NCBI GenBank assembly: GCA_016933255.1
Contig: JAFGBF010000030.1
Span: 3,336-67,335 of the forward strand
Direction: 5' to 3'
Length of the DNA stretch: 64,000 bases
Source of the DNA: Candidatus Krumholzibacteriota bacterium
GTDB taxonomy: Bacteria > Krumholzibacteriota > Krumholzibacteriia > Krumholzibacteriales > Krumholzibacteriaceae
Part shown: positions 51,755-61,598 of the stretch, piece by piece
Position numbering within the stretch: the stretch's first letter is position 1
Layout: the number at the start of each line of letters is the position of its first letter
Program-made: the position numbers and the translations under genes
The notes under the pieces: model-generated
Database searches by the model: none
What the model was told of the DNA's origin: nothing
The model's input: the letters and a program-made list of their open reading frames with translations, nothing else

Positions 51755-52774
51755 TCAGATCCCTAAACCCGAAAATATCCTCATCCAGTTTTTCAGTATC
51801 CAGAACACAGGCTGCATAGGGCTTCTTTTCATCGAGGCTCTCGCAGTACAGATCATCCAGCATGGGAGCCTGCAGTTATCCACCTGCTTCCGCACCCTGT
51901 CCGCTTCTTCGCTTCCCCAGATCTCTTCAAGCGACGATTCGTTGATATTTCCCATCTTTTTTTCCAGAGTAAGGCAGGGATAGACATTTCCTTCAGGATC
52001 TACAAAGACCGAATCCCGACCGGCCCTGCATCCCAACGCTCTTTCTCCGGCATTGTTATACATCAGGACTCCTGAATAAAAATACGCTCTCAGCCACCTC
52101 TTCGGGCTCAGGCTCAACAGTTCCTTCCTCATGACATACTTCAGTTCTCTTTCCAGATCTTCCGGATCGACCTGCTGATTTTCCGATGTGCAAAAATAGA
52201 ACTCTGAGTTTTGAACGACCGCCGTAGTAAACTGAAAACCGAACTGTCTGGAGAGGTCATACACAGCACCGAGATGTTTTACATTTTCCCTCTGGGCTGT
52301 AAAGGCGACACGCACATTTTTGTAACCGATCTTTTTCAATTGTGTCAGCGTCTCTAAAACCTTTTTGAATCCCCCTTCGACTCCTCTTATCCTGTCATGG
52401 ACCTCTCCTATCCCGTCGAGCGAGACTGCTATCCCCACCCTTCTTCCGATCTTCATCAATTCGGGAGCGGCGCAGGCTATCCTGCGGTTCTGGTATCCGT
52501 TGGTCGAGATCACTATTCTGGGTTTTCCTGCGTTTTCGTATATCGACCGGACAAGATCCACTATATCTTCCCGGAGAAACGGTTCTCCTCCGGTGACATT
52601 CACGTCGTTCAGCGTCCCTGGAAGGAAGGAATAGGACGCAGACGGCATCTGCTTTCCAGGAGGCAGTTTCCAGATATTGCACATATTGCATCTGGAATCA
52701 CAAGCGTATGTCACAGCAACGACAGCATCGATGGGAAGATGCATTCTAATACCTGCCTTATTGTTTTGCGTCAT
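51755..52774 (-). CDS. Radical SAM protein with SPASM/twitch domain
   Basis: CDSRCNMC, TGGEPF, SLDG, CRAG...VYPC, C..PCWMIC. Confidence 0.92.
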   Translation of the reverse strand: MTQNNKAGIRMHLPIDAVVAVTYACDSRCNMCNIWKLPPGKQMPSASYSFLPGTLNDVNVTGGEPFLREDIVDLVRSIYENAGKPRIVISTNGYQNRRIACAAPELMKIGRRVGIAVSLDGIGEVHDRIRGVEGGFKKVLETLTQLKKIGYKNVRVAFTAQRENVKHLGAVYDLSRQFGFQFTTAVVQNSEFYFCTSENQQVDPEDLERELKYVMRKELLSLSPKRWLRAYFYSGVLMYNNAGERALGCRAGRDSVFVDPEGNVYPCLTLEKKMGNINESSLEEIWGSEEADRVRKQVDNCRLPCWMICTARASMKRSPMQPVFWILKNWMRIFSGLGI

Positions 52775-53904
52775 TCACTAAAAATACCCGCATATCCGTT
52801 TATCATCCGTTCGACTGAAAAATCCCTCACTACTCTCTTTCTTGCCGCCGTCCCGATCCTCTCCCTGAGAACATTATCATTTTTCAGCAACATCAGGTTT
52901 TTGACGAGCGCCTCGGTATCTTCACTCTCGATCAGCAGCCCTTCCTCGCCGTCTACAAGCATCTCCGGAATCGAACCTACGGAAGTCGATATCACCGGCA
53001 GAGCGGAAGCCATCGCTTCAAGGACAGTCAGCGGGAATGTCTCTACCACGGGATAGGAAGATAATACCGATACATCAGATATGGACAATATTTTCTCTGT
53101 ATCATCCCTTCTTCCGAGAAATCGGACGACCCCTTCGGGAAGAAGTTCTTCTGTCATATTTTTCAACTCTGCTTCCATTTCCCCTTCTCCGACTACCAGG
53201 AATCTAAAAGGGCCATCTTCTTCCCTGATGAGCATGGAGGCTGCATCGATAAACATCTTATGGTTCTTTTCGGGCCTCAGGGCCGCCAGTATGGTAACAA
53301 CGAAATCATCAGCTGAAATACCCAACTCTCTTCTCAGTTCCGCTCTAGCACCGGCATCTACAGGATGAAACCGCGCAATATCGATGCCATTATTTATGAT
53401 CACGATCCTGTCACCGCTTATTCCCTCTTTTTTTGAAAGGTGTTCCCTGTGGTTTTCCGCCAGGGCGACGATCCTGTCGTAGGCGGGCAGGACCAGCCTG
53501 TCAGTCCAGCTGAAACTCCTTCCGGTCGACCATAATCCGGTCGAATGGCTGCAGAGGACCTTCTTCCCCGTCATTACGAACTTCGACGCTATTGCTCCCC
53601 AGAAGACCGCGTCATGATGATCGATCACGAGAATGCCGGCTCGCGGATATTTTTTCATTATACCGATCAGCTTGAAAAAAACAGAAGGATCGAACCTTGA
53701 CCTCGATAGCCCTGAAATAAGTTCGACTCCGCTTGAAGAGATGCTTTCACCCACCTCTCCCGGCTCCTTAAGGCAGATTATAACAGGTGATATGCCAAGT
53801 TCGGGCAGACCCGAGCAAAGAGCTTTTACGATGATCTCTGCTCCACCGGTTACAAGAGTCGAACAAAGTATCAGCAGTTTACTATCTTTGCGTCTCAGAG
53901 TCAT
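52771..53904 (-). CDS. Glycosyltransferase family 4
   Basis: TGGAE, INNGID, LRPEKNH, ETFPLTVLEAMA; start ATG 53904. Confidence 0.92.
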   Translation of the reverse strand: MTLRRKDSKLLILCSTLVTGGAEIIVKALCSGLPELGISPVIICLKEPGEVGESISSSGVELISGLSRSRFDPSVFFKLIGIMKKYPRAGILVIDHHDAVFWGAIASKFVMTGKKVLCSHSTGLWSTGRSFSWTDRLVLPAYDRIVALAENHREHLSKKEGISGDRIVIINNGIDIARFHPVDAGARAELRRELGISADDFVVTILAALRPEKNHKMFIDAASMLIREEDGPFRFLVVGEGEMEAELKNMTEELLPEGVVRFLGRRDDTEKILSISDVSVLSSYPVVETFPLTVLEAMASALPVISTSVGSIPEMLVDGEEGLLIESEDTEALVKNLMLLKNDNVLRERIGTAARKRVVRDFSVERMINGYAGIFSE

Positions 53905-53915
53905 AAAGGGAGCCT

Positions 53916-54554
53916 TCAGATATAAGGCGCCTCTCTCCGGCCCTGTTTGCACTTCAGATCTGTGAGTTTCCCGTGCACCCGGGCTGGATTCCCATACGCC
54001 AGGACTCCCGGCGGCAGATCCTTGGTCACAACCGACCCGCTGCCGACAAGCGTCCCTTCACCAATAGTGACGTACGGGACAACCGTAACGTTTACTCCCA
54101 GCCTGCATCCCCTTCGCAATACGGGGCCGCGCATACACTCGCCGGAATCGGGGCATCCAGGGTGGATATCATTGGCGATCGTCACTCCTGGCGCCATAAA
54201 GACATCATCTTCAATCACTGTAAATTGAGCGATATAGATATTGCAATGTATCTTTACATTACTTCCTATCGTGCATCCGTAATCAATAACCGAATTATTC
54301 CAGATCGAAAAGTGGTCGCCGATCCTGTTCTGCTCCCGAATGACGACATTATGCCCTGTCTCGAAATCCGAGCCGATACTGGATCCAGCGTATATGACCG
54401 TTCCGCTTCGGATTCGCGATCGCTCTCCTATTTCAAGAACGCTGCTGATATTCTTTCTCGGGGATAGATATCCGACAATAGCTTCCGGATCGATCAAAGC
54501 TCCTTCACCAAGGCGCACCTGCCCCAGCCTTCCTGGATCATTTTCGGGCTTCAT
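53916..54554 (-). CDS. Hexapeptide-repeat N-acetyltransferase (WbpD-like)
   Basis: IG-repeat left-handed beta helix, GSVVTKDLP..YGNPAR. Confidence 0.88.
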   Translation of the reverse strand: MKPENDPGRLGQVRLGEGALIDPEAIVGYLSPRKNISSVLEIGERSRIRSGTVIYAGSSIGSDFETGHNVVIREQNRIGDHFSIWNNSVIDYGCTIGSNVKIHCNIYIAQFTVIEDDVFMAPGVTIANDIHPGCPDSGECMRGPVLRRGCRLGVNVTVVPYVTIGEGTLVGSGSVVTKDLPPGVLAYGNPARVHGKLTDLKCKQGRREAPYI

Positions 54555-54569
54555 ATTACCTACCCTGGG

Positions 54570-55595
54570 TTAAGTCAAAGATTTCGGATACTCGATCGTG
54601 ATCTTCTCACCGTTTGCTTTCATAGACCTGTCGATCGCATCCATTATGAGCAGGACTTCCAGACCGTGCCGGCCGCTGCTTCTCGCTTTTTTACCTGCTA
54701 TGCAGTCCAGAAAGTGCTGGCATTCGATCTTCAACGGCTCAGAATCATCGAGCTTAGGGATGGAGATATCTCCGTACCTGTATGAGAGCTGAAATTCCCC
54801 AAAAGTGTCATAATGCGGTATTACATCTACACCCTTGTCGTAGATACGGATCTTTTCCAGGCTGGCGACATCGTCATAGACAAGCATCTTTTTACTGCCG
54901 ACGACAGTCGTTTTCCTTATCTTGTTCGGATTCAGCCAGGAGACCTGCAGGTTGGCAAGGACCGAACCGGGATAAGTCAGGGTCACGAACGCGACATCCT
55001 GGATCTCGGGCTGTATATACGAATGACCTGTCGCCGAGACGTATAGCGGCCTCGAGTCAAGGATGTAGTTCATTATCGAAAGATCGTGAGGAGCCAGGTC
55101 CCACACGACATTTATATCTTTCTGAAAAAGGCCGAGATTGACTCGCGAAGTGGAGATGTAGTAGACGTCGCCGAGTTCCCCGTCTTTTATGAGTTTTTTT
55201 ATCTTGTTGACCGCTGCTGTATAGACGAATGTGTGTCCAACCATAAGGGTCTTCTTCATCTTATCCGCTATATCTACAAGTTTCACGCCCTCTTCGACAT
55301 TCTGCGTCAGAGGCTTCTCGCAGAAGACATGCTTGCCAGCCTCAAGAGCTTCAGCAGCAAGCTTATAATGAGTGGAGACCGGTGTCGCTATGACGACCGC
55401 ATCGATATCGGAATCTTCGATAATATCCCTGTAATCCTGTGTAATAGCGACTGAAGGATAAAGTTTCTTCATGTGCTCGATGCGCTTCAGTTCAAGATCG
55501 GAACAGATCTTGACTTCGGCGTCGTCGAGAGCTGAAAAGTTCCTTATGAGATTAGGTCCCCAATACCCGCAGCCAATGACTCCTACTTTGAGCAA
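54570..55595 (-). CDS. Gfo/Idh/MocA oxidoreductase (WbpB-like NDP-sugar 3-dehydrogenase)
   Basis: GCGYWGPNLIRN, EKPL, WDLAPHD, SWLNPNKIR. Confidence 0.88.
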   Translation of the reverse strand: MLKVGVIGCGYWGPNLIRNFSALDDAEVKICSDLELKRIEHMKKLYPSVAITQDYRDIIEDSDIDAVVIATPVSTHYKLAAEALEAGKHVFCEKPLTQNVEEGVKLVDIADKMKKTLMVGHTFVYTAAVNKIKKLIKDGELGDVYYISTSRVNLGLFQKDINVVWDLAPHDLSIMNYILDSRPLYVSATGHSYIQPEIQDVAFVTLTYPGSVLANLQVSWLNPNKIRKTTVVGSKKMLVYDDVASLEKIRIYDKGVDVIPHYDTFGEFQLSYRYGDISIPKLDDSEPLKIECQHFLDCIAGKKARSSGRHGLEVLLIMDAIDRSMKANGEKITIEYPKSLT

Positions 55596-55610
55596 TGTAT
55601 CTCCGTCCTG

Positions 55611-56348
55611 TTAATAGCCTCCCGTACCGGCTAACATGACCGGAACGGTCTTGATCATTATATTGAGGTCCATCTTGAGCGACCAGTGTTCAATATAATA
55701 GAGGTCGAGCATCACCATCTCCTGAAAAGGAACAGTACTCCTTCCGCTGACTTGCCAGAGACCCGTAAGGCCGGGCTTGATCTTTACCCGCAACTTATGC
55801 CAGTCATCGTAATGTTCATACTCATATTCCATAGGCGGTCTCGGTCCCACCACGCTCATCTCGTTCCTGAGAATATTTATGAACTGCGGCAGCTCGTCAA
55901 GGCTTGTTCTTCTGAGAAAGCCTCCTATCGCCGTAATGCGCGGGTCATCAACAATCTTATAGAGGGCCACAGCTTCCCCGTCAAGTGAAGTTTGGGGTTC
56001 CTGCCCCTGGATGTAATTCTGGGTAAATTCCCGATGGATGGAATCATCGCAGCCGATCTTCATAGAACGGAACTTATAAAGAAAAAACGGTCTGCCGTTC
56101 TCGCCGACTCTCCGCTGTTTAAAAAAGACAGGACCTCTGGAAGTCAGCTTGATCAGCAACCCGATCGCCAGAAAAAACGGAAAACCAAGAACCAGCACTG
56201 CCAGTGATACCGCAACATCGATGGATCGCTTCAATACCCTTTCAAGCGCACTCCTGCCGCGTGCCTCAAGCAGAGTCCTCTCTCCAACCGGGTCTGCGAG
56301 ATTCCGAGTCTTCATGGTGTTATCCAGGGCCAGTGAATACTTTCTCAT
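55611..56348 (-). CDS. Second monotopic phosphoglycosyltransferase (sugar transferase)
   Basis: [42 protein letters not shown]. Confidence 0.93.
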   Translation of the reverse strand: MRKYSLALDNTMKTRNLADPVGERTLLEARGRSALERVLKRSIDVAVSLAVLVLGFPFFLAIGLLIKLTSRGPVFFKQRRVGENGRPFFLYKFRSMKIGCDDSIHREFTQNYIQGQEPQTSLDGEAVALYKIVDDPRITAIGGFLRRTSLDELPQFINILRNEMSVVGPRPPMEYEYEHYDDWHKLRVKIKPGLTGLWQVSGRSTVPFQEMVMLDLYYIEHWSLKMDLNIMIKTVPVMLAGTGGY

Positions 56349-56434
56349 CGTTGTATCGTCCCGTCCCAGTTCCTACTTCAGTATATTTCCTTAACTATTA
56401 ACCTAAGGCCCCCTCCTTGATTAATTCCATTCGG

Positions 56435-57541
56435 TCATTGCTTCTCGCATTCGAGAAGCACTTTGCAGACATGATCCACCTTCTCAAGTTCAAGCTCGGG
56501 AAACATCGGAAGCGTAATACCTGTTCTCATCAGACGCTCGGAGACTGGAAAATCTCCTTCGGAAAGACCGAGATGTTTAAAAGCGGGCTGAAGATGGATC
56601 GGTACGGGGTAATGCTGCCCCCATCCGATCCCGGCATCGGAAAGCGCTTTTCCAACTGCTTCCTTCTCGGCAGATCCGATCGCGAAAAGATGATATACCG
56701 GCTTACAGTCTTTATGCTCGGAGGCCAGCCAGTATCCTGTTCCCTCAAGATTCTGCTGGTATCTCTTTGCGAGTGTCCGCCGTTTCTCATTCCATTCATC
56801 AAGATATTTCAGTTTGACTCCCAGGACAGCGGCCTGGATAGAGTGCAGCCTGTAGTTATGACCTATCTCACTATGTACGTTCTTGGTTATCTGTCCATGG
56901 TGCCTTAACCCCTTCATCCGCTTGAGCAGCTCTTCGTCATCCGTCGTAACCGCACCACCCTCACCGAATGAACCCAGGTTCTTGCTGGGATAGAAGGAAA
57001 AAGCCGCCGCGTCGCCCAGCGACCCAGCCCTTTTTCCTTTGTAATAGGCGCCGTGAGCCTGGCAGGAATCCTCTATGACTTTCAATCCATGCTTTTTAGC
57101 TATCTCCATTATCGGATCCATATCGCAGCACTGGCCGAACAGATGGACCGGAATAATAGCTTTTGTATTTTCGGTAATCGCATTCTCTAGCTGTGTATAG
57201 TCCATAAGCGCCGTATCTTCAAAGACATCTACAAGGACAGGTCTGGCCCCTGTGATCGCAATTGCTTCGACAGTGGCGATGAAGGTGTTTGCGACGGTAA
57301 TGACTTCGTCACCCGGCCCGATATGATAACCGAGAAGGGCGAGAACGAGTGCTGAAGTCCCACTGCTTGCCCCCGCGCAGAATTTTGTCCCGCAAAATCC
57401 GGAAAAGTCACTTTCAAATCTGTCAAGTGCCGGACCCAGTACAAACGCCGTATTATCGATAACTTCGCCAATAGCAGCGTCTATCTCCGCCCTGACCTTG
57501 CCGGTCTGTTCGCTGAGACTAAAAAACGGTACTTTGCTCAT
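56435..57541 (-). CDS. DegT/DnrJ/EryC1/StrS aminotransferase (WbpE-like)
   Basis: SGTSAL, PVHLFGQ, EDSCQAHGA, SFYPSKNLG; start ATG 57541. Confidence 0.93.
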   Translation of the reverse strand: MSKVPFFSLSEQTGKVRAEIDAAIGEVIDNTAFVLGPALDRFESDFSGFCGTKFCAGASSGTSALVLALLGYHIGPGDEVITVANTFIATVEAIAITGARPVLVDVFEDTALMDYTQLENAITENTKAIIPVHLFGQCCDMDPIMEIAKKHGLKVIEDSCQAHGAYYKGKRAGSLGDAAAFSFYPSKNLGSFGEGGAVTTDDEELLKRMKGLRHHGQITKNVHSEIGHNYRLHSIQAAVLGVKLKYLDEWNEKRRTLAKRYQQNLEGTGYWLASEHKDCKPVYHLFAIGSAEKEAVGKALSDAGIGWGQHYPVPIHLQPAFKHLGLSEGDFPVSERLMRTGITLPMFPELELEKVDHVCKVLLECEKQ

Positions 57542-57738
57542 ATATATGCCTCTTCCGATCCATAAAAAGAATACCCCACGCCCAAGTTCATAAATTATAT
57601 CACTTTTCAGCAATTATTACTACCCCATATTTAAAATTGAGTATATATTCAGGGTCATATCGAGCCGCCCTCTTTTAGGCGGACAGGTATAAATTGTGTA
57701 ATTGATATATTCTCAATGTTTTGATTTAATACTACATT

Positions 57739-58803
57739 ATGAGGATTCTGCTGATATCTGAAGAGATCACCTCAAGTCCATCGGAAGGGCTTCTTGTCTT
57801 TACGATGCATATCTGCCGGTATCTTGCCGAAAGGCACGAAGTTACCCTTCTTCATAAAACCGGCTCACCGGACCCCGCACTTGAATCATACCCCCTGCTC
57901 AGCGGCAGATTTCATTTCAGCATCGAACTGAGGCGATTCTACAGAGAAAGGGATTTCGATCTCATCATATACATCCCTTCTTCCGGAATAACCGCCATGG
58001 GAATGATAAGGTCCAATATAATCAGGATCTCATCCTCGACACCTCTTATGCTTATAGGCCTGCAGTCTCGCACCATAAGCGCCGTACACAGATACGCTGC
58101 CCTCTTCCGTCCCCCGGATATCATCCTTTCGCCGGTCAGCAGGATGAGAAAGGAACTGGATGAGTACGGTTATCATACTGAATATATCATGCCTGGATTT
58201 GATGAGAGACTCTTCAAGCCAGCCGAGCTGGGGGAGAAAATCCGACTTAGGAAAAAATACGGCTTTCCGGAAAACAAGTTTCTGGTTCTTCATGTCGGCC
58301 ATATAAAAGAGAGCAGAAATCTTCAGACATTCTTGCGCTACAGGGATTGGGGAAACGATATACTTCCCGTGATAAAAGGCGGGGAAGTCGACCCCACCTG
58401 GAGGAACAGGCTGAGAATGGCCGGCATCATAGTCATAGACGAATATACGGACGACATACATGAACTTTACCAGGCATGCGATCTCTATCTTTTTCCCGTA
58501 TCATCGAACCTGGGGGCACTTGAGTTTCCCCTTTCAGTGATCGAGGCCGCGGCATGTAATCTTCCTACCCTGACAACCAGGTTCGGAGCTCTTCCCGAAA
58601 TATTGAAAGAAAGCGAAGGATATCTGTATTATGATGAATCTACGGAGATCCGGGAAAAGATAAGGACGCTCCGAAAGTCCCGGCCGGAGACATCGCATCT
58701 GGTCAGTAAGTTCTCCTGGAATAACGTTTTCGACAGATTTCTCGAACCTCATTTCGAGCTGCTTCTCAAAAAGAAGGAAAGGCAAAATAACAATGACCTC
58801 TAA
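57739..58803 (+). CDS. Divergent glycosyltransferase family 4
   Basis: LHVGHIKESRN, YQACDLYLFP..LEFPLSVIEAAACNLP..TTRFGALPE. Confidence 0.8.
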   Translation: MRILLISEEITSSPSEGLLVFTMHICRYLAERHEVTLLHKTGSPDPALESYPLLSGRFHFSIELRRFYRERDFDLIIYIPSSGITAMGMIRSNIIRISSSTPLMLIGLQSRTISAVHRYAALFRPPDIILSPVSRMRKELDEYGYHTEYIMPGFDERLFKPAELGEKIRLRKKYGFPENKFLVLHVGHIKESRNLQTFLRYRDWGNDILPVIKGGEVDPTWRNRLRMAGIIVIDEYTDDIHELYQACDLYLFPVSSNLGALEFPLSVIEAAACNLPTLTTRFGALPEILKESEGYLYYDESTEIREKIRTLRKSRPETSHLVSKFSWNNVFDRFLEPHFELLLKKKERQNNNDL

Positions 58804-59497
58804 GGTGTTTGATCCTAAAGTCCAGGGCAGGCCGGGGATCCTTGTTCTTAGCGGCCTCGATGGAACTGGAAAATCTTCTCAGGCGGAGATACTCTCCGGC
58901 AGGCTTGTTTCTGAAGGGATCAAAGTCAACATTGTCTGGAATAGATGGAAACCTTTTTTCAGCGCTCCGATCATCCGCATGGCGCGGCGGACTCTCAGCA
59001 GAGAAGAAAACGCGCAGCTAGCAGACTACTCCAATTTTACAGCCGCAAAAAAAGAAAAGATGCAGAGTCCACTCAAAAGGTCGCTCTGGCAGGTGATGGT
59101 CTGGGGCGAATACGCCCTTCAGGCGAACCTCAGGCTCTTTTTTCACAACTATCCCTATCTGGGCATAATATCCGACAGATATGTTTTCGATACCCTTGTA
59201 GATATGGCTGTTAATTTTTCCATACCCCCTTCAAGACTCAATGAATTATCCGAGAACCGGCTCTTCGGATTATTTCCCCGGCCTTCCTCTGTCATCGTCT
59301 TTGATATCGATCCCGACAAAGGCGCGATGCGCAAGAGTGACGGGACGCCCGCAGAATATCTTGCCGACAGAAGAGAGCTATATCTTGAGATAGCCCGTAT
59401 TACCGGCGCATCTGTCATCGACAGTTCTCTGCCGATTGGCGAGATAGCTGATCAGGTCTGGGATATTACAGCCGAATGGAGAGACTCGCTGAGATAG
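58793..59497 (+). CDS. Thymidylate-kinase-like P-loop kinase
   Basis: SGLDGTGKSSQ, ISDRYVFDT (DRY motif), FDIDPDKGAMRK. Confidence 0.8.
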   Translation: MTSKVFDPKVQGRPGILVLSGLDGTGKSSQAEILSGRLVSEGIKVNIVWNRWKPFFSAPIIRMARRTLSREENAQLADYSNFTAAKKEKMQSPLKRSLWQVMVWGEYALQANLRLFFHNYPYLGIISDRYVFDTLVDMAVNFSIPPSRLNELSENRLFGLFPRPSSVIVFDIDPDKGAMRKSDGTPAEYLADRRELYLEIARITGASVIDSSLPIGEIADQVWDITAEWRDSLR

Positions 59498-59524
59498 CAC
59501 GCACTGTTTGACGGGAGATACGAT

Positions 59525-61048
59525 ATGCAGCGGCTTGTGGTAATTGGAATCGATGGAATGGACTGGCTCGTGACAAAGCCGCTTCTCTCCCGTATGCCGT
59601 CGCTGCAGAAAATCGCTGGTTCTGGCTTCGCCGGAGAGATGCCTGCCATATTCCCCCCCGACAGTATCCCTTCCTGGATCTCTATTTTTACCGGTATGGA
59701 CCCAAGCGGACACGGCATCCTTGAGACGATCGATTATTTCAAAAAGGACGCCCGGGAGTTTACAGTCGACACAGGTGCTTTCAGGGGAAAGACATTCTGG
59801 GACAAAACTTCCGCTCTCGGGAAGAAAGTAATAGTCGTCAACCCACTGATGGCTTATCCGCCATGGAAGGTCAATGGCGTAATGGCCTCAGGCCCGGTCT
59901 TTATATCAGGGGATGCCTCTGCCTATCCGCCCGAGGTCGAGGATTCAATAGAGCTGCCTCCTCTCGGCGGAATAGTCGATTTCCCCGAAAAGAGCGAATT
60001 GAAGGATTTTTATGAAAAGACAAAAGAAGAGACATGGGCGATCACCGATTTTACCGCAAGATTGATGGAGTCGAGAGAATGGGACCTTACTTTCGTCACC
60101 CTTCTTACTATGGACAGGATCTGTCATTTTTTCTGGCGCTACTATGACAGGGAAGATCCAACTCACCCCGGGGAAAATTCTTTAAGCGGGATCATACCTG
60201 ATTTTCACGTATTTATTGACAAATGTATCGGCAGGCTTGTCGAAGCTTCAGATGAAAATACCTCATTTTTGATAATCAGCGACCACGGCCACGCGATGCG
60301 TCCTCCCCTCCTCTTTAATCTGAATCAGCTTCTGATGGACCACGGACTCCTTGAAAGCAGGATCAAAGGCCCTAAATTATTCAGTCCCCGGTATCATCTC
60401 GAAAGAACGAAGAATATCATCCTCGAGACGCTTCATCGCCTCGACATGGAGGATCTCTCGTACAGGCTGGCCCATATATTCCCGTGGACGAGAAAACTCA
60501 AGAAAAAAGATTTTATGACAAGCAGTCAAAATAATGTAGCTACGGCTTCCGGTTTCGGCGGAACAAATCCTTTCGGAGGAATAGAGATATCCAGGGAGAG
60601 ATGCCTTGAAGAATCGCTCGATTATGAGGAGACGAGGGAGAAAGTGATCCGTATCATCCTCGACCTCAGAGACAGGAATGGAAATCCGTATTTCCTCTGG
60701 GCAAAGCGCAGGGAAGAGATGTTCAGCGGCCCATTCACGGATAAATTCCCCGACATACTTTACGAGATGAAGCCTGAATACGGCACAAACTGGTCGGTCC
60801 ATCTGCCTCTTGTGACGCTAAACCCGAGACACAGAAAAATATCCGGCGGACACAGAAAAAACAGTGTTTTGATATTCGGCCCGGCCAACGGCTGGAAAAT
60901 CATCGAAAATAATATAAGGTCGGTGAATATAGCTCCTTCGGTCCTTTCTTTCTTTTCAGGCGTCTCCGACCAGGAACCGCGACTTAGAGAGAGATCATTC
61001 CTCGGCAGGATTGAAAAGGATCCGGATGCTTCCGCTGACGGTGATTAG
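59525..61048 (+). CDS. Alkaline phosphatase superfamily protein (type I phosphodiesterase/nucleotide pyrophosphatase)
   Basis: IGIDGMD, PPDSIPSWISIFTG..PSGHGI, MDRICH, SDHGH, SGGHR. Confidence 0.88.
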   Translation: MQRLVVIGIDGMDWLVTKPLLSRMPSLQKIAGSGFAGEMPAIFPPDSIPSWISIFTGMDPSGHGILETIDYFKKDAREFTVDTGAFRGKTFWDKTSALGKKVIVVNPLMAYPPWKVNGVMASGPVFISGDASAYPPEVEDSIELPPLGGIVDFPEKSELKDFYEKTKEETWAITDFTARLMESREWDLTFVTLLTMDRICHFFWRYYDREDPTHPGENSLSGIIPDFHVFIDKCIGRLVEASDENTSFLIISDHGHAMRPPLLFNLNQLLMDHGLLESRIKGPKLFSPRYHLERTKNIILETLHRLDMEDLSYRLAHIFPWTRKLKKKDFMTSSQNNVATASGFGGTNPFGGIEISRERCLEESLDYEETREKVIRIILDLRDRNGNPYFLWAKRREEMFSGPFTDKFPDILYEMKPEYGTNWSVHLPLVTLNPRHRKISGGHRKNSVLIFGPANGWKIIENNIRSVNIAPSVLSFFSGVSDQEPRLRERSFLGRIEKDPDASADGD

Positions 61049-61057
61049 CCGCGGCGC

Positions 61058-61086
61058 TTGACATTTGCTCCGCATAGATTTAGAGT
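61058..61086 (+). promoter_or_regulatory. sigma70-type promoter for the rmlC-like/rmlD genes
   Basis: TTGACA-N17-TAGAGT. Confidence 0.5.
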
Positions 61087-61129
61087 CTCAGACCTGAGGG
61101 CAGCACAGCCCGTTACACGGAGGATTATC

Positions 61130-61585
61130 ATGATTGACGGCGTATCTGTAAAGGAACTGAAAGTCATCCCGGATGAAAGAGGCCGCCTGATGGAGATCTT
61201 AAGATCGGATGATCAGGAATATTCAGAATTTGGCCAGGTGTATATGACGACCTGCTATGAGGGCGTTGTCAAAGGCTGGCATTTTCACAAAAAACAGACC
61301 GATTACATGGCGGTGGTCAGTGGTATGATGAAGATCGTACTATATGATTCAAGAGAAGATTCACCGACCTACAGGGAAGTAAACGAGATCTTCGCCGGTG
61401 AGTTCAATCCGGTCAGGGTAAAGATCCCGCCGGGCGTCTGCCACGGATTTAAATGCATCAGTCCCGGTGAAGCTGTGGTCATCAACACCGTAACACAGCC
61501 TTATTCCTATAACGATCCGGACGAGTTCAGAATAGACCCGCACAAGAACGACATACCCTACGACTGGGACCGCAAGGACGGTTGA
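61130..61585 (+). CDS. dTDP-4-dehydrorhamnose 3,5-epimerase family (RmlC/SpsL-like cupin)
   Basis: DERGRLME, GVVKGWHFH, DSREDSPTY, IPPGVCHGF; ATG 61130 after GGAGGA. Confidence 0.88.
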   Translation: MIDGVSVKELKVIPDERGRLMEILRSDDQEYSEFGQVYMTTCYEGVVKGWHFHKKQTDYMAVVSGMMKIVLYDSREDSPTYREVNEIFAGEFNPVRVKIPPGVCHGFKCISPGEAVVINTVTQPYSYNDPDEFRIDPHKNDIPYDWDRKDG

Positions 61586-61598
61586 TCAGGAGAGGCTG

